A stretch of 64,000 bases of DNA, from IMG/VR virus record IMGVR_UViG_3300023174_000047, positions 96,001 to 160,000 of that record, one strand, 5' to 3'. Positions 57,251 through 64,000 of the stretch are shown piece by piece. The notes below the pieces were generated by a model, which was not told the origin of the DNA, searched no databases, and was given only the letters and a program-made list of their open reading frames with translations. Source of the DNA: a virus. Taxonomy: Duplodnaviria > Caudoviricetes. The position numbers and the translations under genes were made by a program. Every line of letters starts with the position of its first letter. The first letter of the stretch is position 1.

Positions 57251-57722
57251 CTGCAGTTGTTTCTGCCTCAATGATGTTTGTAGAGTGCTGCTCTTTTGCT
57301 GCATCAGTAAGCATTTTCATTACCTCATTGCGAGTCAGCATTAGCCGTGTTATATTGTCACGCTCATTGTTTTGATTGCGTGATGCAACGTCCATCTCTT
57401 TAATTTTAATGGATGTTGCTGCTTTCTTATTAGTTGCCATCACCCTGTTTAGAGTCTCAATTGCTGAAGAAGCAGCAGTAATGAGACCTGCCATGGCTTC
57501 AGCTGATTCTTCAGAAGGTGATGCTGTTAATACAGTTTGGTAATCATCCAATACAGATAAACTTTTGTTGATGAGTTCGCTTGCCTTGTCAATGACAAAT
57601 TGTTCTAAATTCTCCGGTAAAACTTGTTCCACAGGCACAATCTGTGTCTCTTTTTTTGTATCAATGCCTTTGAGTTGACTCAAAATGTTGTCTACAGCAT
57701 GCTGTGTATCCACATCACTCAT
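57243..57722 (-). CDS. Putative terminase small subunit, T4 gp16-like
   Basis: EAMAGLITAASSAIETL and the C-terminal TRNEVMKML resemble gp16 helices; start moved to MSDVD. Confidence 0.5.
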   Translation of the reverse strand: MSDVDTQHAVDNILSQLKGIDTKKETQIVPVEQVLPENLEQFVIDKASELINKSLSVLDDYQTVLTASPSEESAEAMAGLITAASSAIETLNRVMATNKKAATSIKIKEMDVASRNQNNERDNITRLMLTRNEVMKMLTDAAKEQHSTNIIEAETTAVT

Positions 57723-57752
57723 TTTTTTATTATCTTTATTTATTTTTATATC

Positions 57753-57780
57753 TTGAAAACTCAAATGCATATATTATATT
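57753..57780 (+). promoter_or_regulatory. Sigma70-like promoter for dUTPase
   Basis: TTGAAA(57753)-16 nt-TATATT(57775), then 6 nt to the ATG. Confidence 0.45.
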
Positions 57781-57786
57781 GTATAG

Positions 57787-58236
57787 ATGAATAAAATCAA
57801 ACTACCAAATAGTGCACTGACATTTGTTAAAACTCATGAAAATGCAAAGCTACCACAGAAGAACAATCACAATGACACAGGATATGATGTTTTTTGTGTA
57901 GAAGACAAGGTAATTGCAGCTCGTGGATCTGCAGTTGTTGATGTGGGTCTGAAATTTGCAAACATTCCTGAAGGTGTTTGGATTAAAGTAGAGGGCCGCT
58001 CCGGAATTGGCTTTAAACATGGCATTACACCCCATCCAGGAATTATTGACAATGGCTATAGATCTGATGCGGGAATTAAATTGTACAATTTTACAGACAC
58101 TGACTATCACATTAAAGCCGGTGATCGCATTGCACAATTTGTTCTATATCCCCTAATTCATGCATCATCAGTTGAATTTGGTGAACCAACTGAATCAAGT
58201 CGTGGTGAAAACGGTTTTGGATCTTCTGGGAAGTAA
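57787..58236 (+). CDS. dut: Trimeric dUTPase
   Basis: Five motifs: DTGYD, GRSG, GIIDNGY, RIAQ and RGENGFGSSG. Confidence 0.96.
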   Translation: MNKIKLPNSALTFVKTHENAKLPQKNNHNDTGYDVFCVEDKVIAARGSAVVDVGLKFANIPEGVWIKVEGRSGIGFKHGITPHPGIIDNGYRSDAGIKLYNFTDTDYHIKAGDRIAQFVLYPLIHASSVEFGEPTESSRGENGFGSSGK

Positions 58237-58240
58237 TATT

Positions 58241-58333
58241 ATGTTGACACAACAACAAGCAAAAGGAATTGTTCGCATAGGCGATCGCACAGGAGATACA
58301 GGTACTACTACAACGACAACCAAGCCAGTATAG
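58241..58333 (+). CDS. 30-aa small ORF missed by the ORF track
   Basis: MLTQQQAKGIVRIGDRTGDTGTTTTTTKPV fills the gap between dut and the clamp loader. Confidence 0.4.
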   Translation: MLTQQQAKGIVRIGDRTGDTGTTTTTTKPV

Positions 58334-58359
58334 AAAACTAAAATACCTCAAACGCAAGC

Positions 58360-59289
58360 ATGAATTTACAAGGACTGTGGATCGAGAAATATCGCCCCAA
58401 ACGAATGAATGATTTATGCTTGAGTGATGAGCTCAAGGATCTCATCATCAATTATACCAACAAGCAGGAAATTCCTAATTTGCTGCTTGTTGGTAAGCCT
58501 GGCATTGGTAAAACAAGTCTTGCACGCATCATTGTGCAAGACTTGTTGGACTGCCAGTATCTATACATCAATGCTTCTGATGAAAATGGCATTGATACTG
58601 TGCGCGGCAAAATCATGAATTTTGCTCAGACCAAAAGCATTGATGGCAAGATCAAAGTGATTCTACTGGATGAAGTAGATGGTTTTACCGAGCAGGGCCA
58701 GAATGCATTGCGCAACACCATGGAGGAGTATGCAAAGTATACTCGATTTATTCTGACTGCAAATTATTTGCATCGCATCAAACCTGCATTGCAAAGTCGT
58801 TGTCAGAGCATTCACGTTGAAACAACCATTGCTGATGTAATTGCTCGCTGTGCACATATTCTCCGGCATGAGAACATCAAAATTGGCGAAGATGCCAAGT
58901 CACTCAAGCACATCATCAAGTCTCAATATCCTGACATTCGCAAAATTATTGGAAGCCTGCAACGCATGTGTGCCTCTGGTGAGTTGATTGTTGCTCAAGA
59001 CAATGCATCAAGCATTGGTATAGATTTAGTCAATAAAATCATTGCACAAACTGACTGTACAACCATCAGACAGTTCATCATTGATAATGAAGAAAAGTTT
59101 GCAAGTGACTATAGCAACCTACTGAAACTAATGCTCAATGAAATTTATGAACATCGACTTTTGCAAGAAAACAAAAAGCAGATGTTAATTTGCATCATTG
59201 CAGATCACATGTATAGATCAGTTAGTGCCATGGATGCAGAAATTAATGCATTTCATTGCTGCTTAAACATGATGAATGCTCTTACTTGA
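58360..59289 (+). CDS. 44: Clamp loader large subunit, T4 gp44/RFC-like AAA+
   Basis: EKYRP, GKPGIGKT, NASDENGID, LLDEVD and SRC. Confidence 0.93.
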   Translation: MNLQGLWIEKYRPKRMNDLCLSDELKDLIINYTNKQEIPNLLLVGKPGIGKTSLARIIVQDLLDCQYLYINASDENGIDTVRGKIMNFAQTKSIDGKIKVILLDEVDGFTEQGQNALRNTMEEYAKYTRFILTANYLHRIKPALQSRCQSIHVETTIADVIARCAHILRHENIKIGEDAKSLKHIIKSQYPDIRKIIGSLQRMCASGELIVAQDNASSIGIDLVNKIIAQTDCTTIRQFIIDNEEKFASDYSNLLKLMLNEIYEHRLLQENKKQMLICIIADHMYRSVSAMDAEINAFHCCLNMMNALT

Positions 59290-59845
59290 GGTACTTAACA
59301 TACCCTTTAGCAGAAGATGCTGGTATTTTCTCATTCTTATTTTTGAGTGAGTCATCAGAATCTTTTATTTTGCCACCCTGATCTGTCATGCGTGTCTGCT
59401 TGTATGTGTCAGTATTAGCATCCATTTCAACTGGCTCTGGTTTAATGGTAATCATGTTGTCTCTCTTTAATGCAGCTGGAAGCGGTGCATAATTTACACC
59501 ATAATCTAAGCGAGTAACAACTCCAGTTGGAACAGTAATGACATTGTAGTAACGACCACCACCATAATCCAATGCGATATCAAGAACTACGCTGCCGTTT
59601 GTATTAAATTCATTGCCGGGTGCTCTGGACGGGCTTTCATTCTTTACAGCAACAACACGAAGATTCATATTTTTGCCCATGTCAGCAACATCGTCAATGG
59701 CTTGTTGCATGGTTGGAGGCATTTCCTTGTAACATTTGGTAGATTTATAATTATCAGCAAATTTAACATAATCACCCATCAAATAGCCTGCAATTTGATA
59801 GCGTCTTTGATGGTTTTCTAATAGACTTAGATATCTGCTTTTCAT
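59282..59845 (-). CDS. Hypothetical late protein
   Basis: Start at 59845 (MKSRYLSLLE), 6 nt from TAAATA. Confidence 0.65.
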   Translation of the reverse strand: MKSRYLSLLENHQRRYQIAGYLMGDYVKFADNYKSTKCYKEMPPTMQQAIDDVADMGKNMNLRVVAVKNESPSRAPGNEFNTNGSVVLDIALDYGGGRYYNVITVPTGVVTRLDYGVNYAPLPAALKRDNMITIKPEPVEMDANTDTYKQTRMTDQGGKIKDSDDSLKNKNEKIPASSAKGYVKYLK

Positions 59846-59851
59846 TAACAT

Positions 59852-59876
59852 TATTTATGGTACTGGCTGTTAAATA
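59852..59876. promoter_or_regulatory. Back-to-back divergent late promoters
   Basis: TATTTA at 59852-59857 and TAAATA at 59871-59876. Confidence 0.7.
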
Positions 59877-59882
59877 ATAGCA

Positions 59883-60359
59883 ATGGCCAATGTTAATATT
59901 ACATTTCCTAAAGTGGAAAAAGTGAATGATAATTTCACCTTTTCTGATTTGCATCTCGATTTGCAAATAAAACAGCTTGTCACCAATGAAGCTGCAAAAA
60001 AAGTGCAGCAACAGGATATTGTTGCTGATTATGATTTAGGTGCAATTCGCAACAGCATCGTCAACATCTTTCTTACTTCGCCAGGCGACAAACTGCTCAA
60101 TCCGGTATTTGGCATTGATTTGAGAGATTACTTGTTTGAAGGTGTTACTGACACAATTGCATTTAGCATTTATAATGATATATACAATAACATTACTAGA
60201 TTTGAGCCTAGAATCACACTCAATAACCTTCAGGTGATTCCTGATTATAATAACCATCAGTATACGATAAATATGTCCATAGGCGTCCCTTTTCTGCGTG
60301 TAGATGAGTATATTCTTAACTTATACCTCAACAGCCAAGGATACGTTGTTTTTGCATAA
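59883..60359 (+). CDS. 25: Baseplate wedge, gp25-like
   Basis: AIRNSIVNIFLT.PGD.L.NP.FG and FEPRI. Confidence 0.92.
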   Translation: MANVNITFPKVEKVNDNFTFSDLHLDLQIKQLVTNEAAKKVQQQDIVADYDLGAIRNSIVNIFLTSPGDKLLNPVFGIDLRDYLFEGVTDTIAFSIYNDIYNNITRFEPRITLNNLQVIPDYNNHQYTINMSIGVPFLRVDEYILNLYLNSQGYVVFA

Positions 60360-60361
60360 TT

Positions 60362-62179
60362 ATGGCTGCTCAAAATTTCACAGAATTTAATTTACCTAAA
60401 AACGCTTATGCAGCATTTGATGCAGTAAGTTTAAAAAGCCTCATCATTAATAGGCTTAAAACTTCCAATGTGTTTACGGATCAGGCATATGAAGGCAGTA
60501 ATTTGTCGAGCATCATTGACATCATTGCATATGCTTATCACGTCTCTTTGTTTTATCTCAACAATCAAGCATCAGAAGCATATTTTAATCAAGCTACTTT
60601 GTATGAGAATATGAACAAGCTTGTTGCACTCATTGGTTATAATCCGCTTGGATCTCAAACTTCCATTGCACCCTTCAAGGCAACAGCACTCAACGGACTC
60701 GACATTGGATCTTATATGATTCCAAGATATTCTTTTGTTGCAATAAATGGCGCAATCTACTCCATAACACAAGACATTTTCTTTGACAAGACCATTGCTG
60801 GCATTGAAGCAATTGAATCCATTGGTGATCGAAATTTATTATATCAAGGGCAGATTAGAGAATATGCCACACAAACAGCCATTGGTGAAGATTTTGAAAT
60901 TGTAACTCTCACTGTCAATAGTCAAGTTACGACTAATGAACCATTTGTTGACAACAATAGCATTTTTGTGTTTATAAAAGATGCTAATACTAAAAAATGG
61001 AGTGAATGGAACGCAACAGCTTCCATCTATAGCGAGTCTCCATATGCTAAAGTATTTGAAAAAAGACTCAATGATCAAGGTTTATTTGAGCTTAAATTTG
61101 GTGATAACATCACAGGTAAAAAGCTAAATGCAGGTGATGAGATAGCGATATACTATTTATTGAGCACAGGATCTGCAGGTGTAATTTCTGCTGAAGCAAT
61201 TAGCGATGCAAGATTTGTGAGATATGTTACTCCCAAGTATAGAACCATCATAAGTGACATCTATGATTCTGATGCTCCTGTGGCTACACAGACACAACTC
61301 AATGCTGTAGCAATCACTAATACCAACAGATCAACTGACGTCAAACCACTTGAGAGCATTGCAGACATTAGAATAAATGCACCTAAAACATTTGCTTCAC
61401 AAAACAGAGTTGTAACAGAAGCTGATTTCAATGGCTACATTGAGCGCAATTTTACGAACATCATTAGAGATGTTCAATCCATCAACAACAGCACATACTT
61501 GAATGAATACATCAAGTATTTCTATGACATTGGATTGGCGCAGCCTAATGATGATTCAAATGTATTGCTGAATCAAGTTACATTTGCTGATGCATGTGAT
61601 TTCAACAATGTTTATGCATTTGTTGTACCAAGAAACTTCCTGGTAGGTGAAAGTATACCACAGACATTACCAATTGCATTCAAGCAGCTCATTGTTAACA
61701 GCTTGCAAACTGTCAAGATGCAAAACATTGAAGTTGTTCCATCTGATCCAGTTTATATTGCTGTTGATATTGGCGTTGCAGCAATAGGAGAGGCATTAAA
61801 TGAAACTGTGCGGAATGATTCTGTTTTAGTCATTAAAAAGAATTCAAATTCAAGAATTTCGAGCAATCAAATTAAAACAAGCGTATATAATGCAATTGTG
61901 CAGTATTTTTCTGTTGATTCCATGAGACTTGGTCAGCAACTCAATTTTTATGATTTAACAAGAAATATTCTTAACATTGAAGGTGTACAAAACATTACTA
62001 CAACAAGAACTACAGCCAATGCAAGTGCTTCTACACCAGGGTTGAGTTTTGTTTTATGGAACCCACAATATGCGAAAGAAGATGTTGTGATTACTACACA
62101 AAACATCAAGTTACCCCTGTTTAAGTATCCATTTTTGATAAACAAAACAAGCCTACTAAACAAGATTCGTGTTGAATGA
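60362..62179 (+). CDS. 6: Baseplate wedge, gp6-like
   Basis: FTDQAYEGSNLS.IIDI.AY, FGD...GK, ES...I...AP..F..QNR.VT..D. Confidence 0.92.
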   Translation: MAAQNFTEFNLPKNAYAAFDAVSLKSLIINRLKTSNVFTDQAYEGSNLSSIIDIIAYAYHVSLFYLNNQASEAYFNQATLYENMNKLVALIGYNPLGSQTSIAPFKATALNGLDIGSYMIPRYSFVAINGAIYSITQDIFFDKTIAGIEAIESIGDRNLLYQGQIREYATQTAIGEDFEIVTLTVNSQVTTNEPFVDNNSIFVFIKDANTKKWSEWNATASIYSESPYAKVFEKRLNDQGLFELKFGDNITGKKLNAGDEIAIYYLLSTGSAGVISAEAISDARFVRYVTPKYRTIISDIYDSDAPVATQTQLNAVAITNTNRSTDVKPLESIADIRINAPKTFASQNRVVTEADFNGYIERNFTNIIRDVQSINNSTYLNEYIKYFYDIGLAQPNDDSNVLLNQVTFADACDFNNVYAFVVPRNFLVGESIPQTLPIAFKQLIVNSLQTVKMQNIEVVPSDPVYIAVDIGVAAIGEALNETVRNDSVLVIKKNSNSRISSNQIKTSVYNAIVQYFSVDSMRLGQQLNFYDLTRNILNIEGVQNITTTRTTANASASTPGLSFVLWNPQYAKEDVVITTQNIKLPLFKYPFLINKTSLLNKIRVE

Positions 62180-64000
62180 GTGAAGTACTTTACAGATATG
62201 TGTATTTTGACACATTAAATTTTACAAATGCCTCTTCTACAACAGGATATGCATTGAGTATTTGTCCTTTTACATTTTCACCAAGAGTACAAAACAGTGT
62301 GACGGTATCCAACAAGAGAATTCTGTGGGATTTTGGTGATGGTACAACCTCAACTGCAGTCACTGCACAGCATGCATATAGTCTGCCGGGTACATATCTT
62401 GTTACCATGTATTTGTATGATGCAGAAGGTAATGCTTATTACAATGCATATGACTCAGCAGTTACTGTTTACAACTATATAAGCGATTCAATTGTTCTAT
62501 CAGCAGGTAATCTCAAATACATTGTTTCTGACATTGACAGCAATGCTTTTGATGTGTATAGATTCAATTCATGGCAGGGTGCAGACAAAGCCAATTCAAC
62601 TGTTTTATTGTATGTGAGTGGCAACAATGCTCCTTACATTGATGAGCAGCAATACAATCGAGACAAATACAGTCACCTTAAAAAGTATAGCCAATTCTAC
62701 CAGCTTCGTTTTAACAATAATCTTCAAATTTATGAACATGTTCCTACAAACAACATCATTACAACATCTGTTGATTTGTATGCTCGTTTGTCAGCAACAG
62801 CAATAGTACCATGCGCAAAGCATGATGCAGGAGCAATCTTTGTGGGTACATCTGGCTATGCATCATGTGCTTATCGTGACGATATGCCAACAGGTGCATA
62901 TCCGACATTAATTTTTGCTTCATTTGAGAACATTGATTTTAAGGATCCAAACAATGATGCTTTACCGGTTGATGTAAATGCAAAACAAACGCTGCAGACT
63001 AATGCGCAATCATTTTACTGCACACTCTCTACGCTTGCACCCAACAGCATTTTCATATCTAGCATTGGTCTGAGTGCTGTGCCTGTTAATGCAGTTCAAT
63101 TTACAAATGCACGCATACCCTTTGTTGTGCAAATATCCAATGCAGCAGAGGCACCATGCAAATATTGCACCAATTTGAAGCGCGTCAATGCAGTGAGCAG
63201 TCTTTCTGCAAATACAATTAAATTGTATGCATTTGATGCAACTACTAATGCATCTCTGTCAGTCGCCGTTGTGGATGATTTTGGCGAATTTACCAATTAC
63301 AACACAGGAATATACAAAGGATATTGTGCATTCTCTGCACCCTTAACTGGTGTAAAACTGGCTGCCGTTGCAAGCGTTTCATCAATTTTTGGCATTGCAA
63401 CATTATCAGCAACAACCAATGCACTTGAAATTATTGACAGTGATTTTGCCATAACTAAAATAAACGAAAATTTTGATCAATCTGCAAAATATAAAAGTTA
63501 TCGCTTCCAAGAAACTCTGCTAGATAAAAATGTATTTTTTGATTCATTTTTAGGCACCATAGTTGGTAATGCTGAAGCACCACCAAATGTTCTAGGCAAA
63601 AGAATACATGAAAAGCAGGCAAATTTTGTAGATAATACACAACTCATTGATGCATGCAACATTGAAGCCTTATACTCATTAAAGAGCATGTTAAATGCAA
63701 ATGTTTATCAATTTGAGCGGTTTAATTTTGGCACACCAGCTGAGATATCACGCATCATGGATATGCTCAGCATCAAACAGAGCAAGCTCTGGGGCGCAAA
63801 AAATGAGTATGCAGAAAACTTTGATAAAAAAGGTTTAGTGCACAGCAATGTATATGGCATTAATTTGGGCAATGCACTGAATTCTCAGACCACAATTTTA
63901 ACAGCAGGTTCTGGTGCCGGCTACATTGTTGCTTATGAAAAATTTAGCGGCAATTATAAGCTCATTAACACAGACTTGTTGAGTTCAATGTACATTAGGT
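62176..64000 (+). CDS. Baseplate wedge gp7-like protein with an N-terminal PKD domain (runs off the window)
   Basis: ATGA overlap with the gp6 stop; WDFGDG...H.Y..PGTY.VT; the frame reads open at the points checked up to the window end. Confidence 0.75.
   Translation, partial: MSEVLYRYVYFDTLNFTNASSTTGYALSICPFTFSPRVQNSVTVSNKRILWDFGDGTTSTAVTAQHAYSLPGTYLVTMYLYDAEGNAYYNAYDSAVTVYNYISDSIVLSAGNLKYIVSDIDSNAFDVYRFNSWQGADKANSTVLLYVSGNNAPYIDEQQYNRDKYSHLKKYSQFYQLRFNNNLQIYEHVPTNNIITTSVDLYARLSATAIVPCAKHDAGAIFVGTSGYASCAYRDDMPTGAYPTLIFASFENIDFKDPNNDALPVDVNAKQTLQTNAQSFYCTLSTLAPNSIFISSIGLSAVPVNAVQFTNARIPFVVQISNAAEAPCKYCTNLKRVNAVSSLSANTIKLYAFDATTNASLSVAVVDDFGEFTNYNTGIYKGYCAFSAPLTGVKLAAVASVSSIFGIATLSATTNALEIIDSDFAITKINENFDQSAKYKSYRFQETLLDKNVFFDSFLGTIVGNAEAPPNVLGKRIHEKQANFVDNTQLIDACNIEALYSLKSMLNANVYQFERFNFGTPAEISRIMDMLSIKQSKLWGAKNEYAENFDKKGLVHSNVYGINLGNALNSQTTILTAGSGAGYIVAYEKFSGNYKLINTDLLSSMYIR

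Noticed and set aside
8859-59289. Convergent genes with abutting or overlapping stops (8861/8862, 12876-12881, 57243-57250, 59282-59289)
   Set aside because: This is expected in a compact AT-rich genome, with no evidence of designed antisense control.
77-63689. The many 60-230 aa ORFs nested in or antisense to long genes (for example 50062-50748, 51114-51671, 36057-36589)
   Set aside because: They are shadow frames of real genes, with no motifs or promoter signals.
1-64000. Stop-codon reassignment, as seen in some large phages
   Set aside because: Long genes are intact in the standard code, and TAG (424, 5060, 8862, 47888), TGA (1770, 2702) and TAA all end genes at sensible boundaries.
1-64000. 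tRNA, rRNA or riboswitch genes
   Set aside because: No intergenic gap is long enough, and no cloverleaf or T-loop motifs were recognised by eye.

Overview
A 64-kb, gene-dense, AT-rich fragment of a large myophage genome distantly related to T4, read in the standard genetic code. The left part (1-11 kb) is a replication module: gp41/DnaB-like helicase, DHH phosphoesterase, gp32 SSB, gp45 clamp, RNase H-type 5'-3' nuclease and gp61 primase. A four-gene glycosyltransferase cluster follows (10.9-14.7 kb), then a minus-strand tail-fibre/adhesin/baseplate block (14.7-32.4 kb). The right part holds the neck gp14, a nuclease cassette, a fractured terminase, gp3, sheath, gp4, lysozyme, tube, the baseplate hub and wedge genes, a putative small terminase, dUTPase and a clamp loader. 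Main observations: (1) The large terminase is split into two ORFs. It carries a cis class-3-type intein in Walker A and an atypically split, Gln-terminated intein just before Walker B, with a free-standing endonuclease gene in the gap. (2) That endonuclease and a second copy after the sheath gene each fuse a Vsr-like nuclease to a C-terminal domain that aligns by eye with phage Mu Mom, a GNAT DNA-modifying enzyme. (3) At least 27 genes have a TAAATA late-promoter core upstream of the start codon, 24 of them only 5-6 nt away, and several sigma70-like promoters have the same spacing, implying a largely leaderless transcriptome. All family calls come from motif recognition by eye; no searches were run. 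No tRNA, rRNA or CRISPR array was seen.
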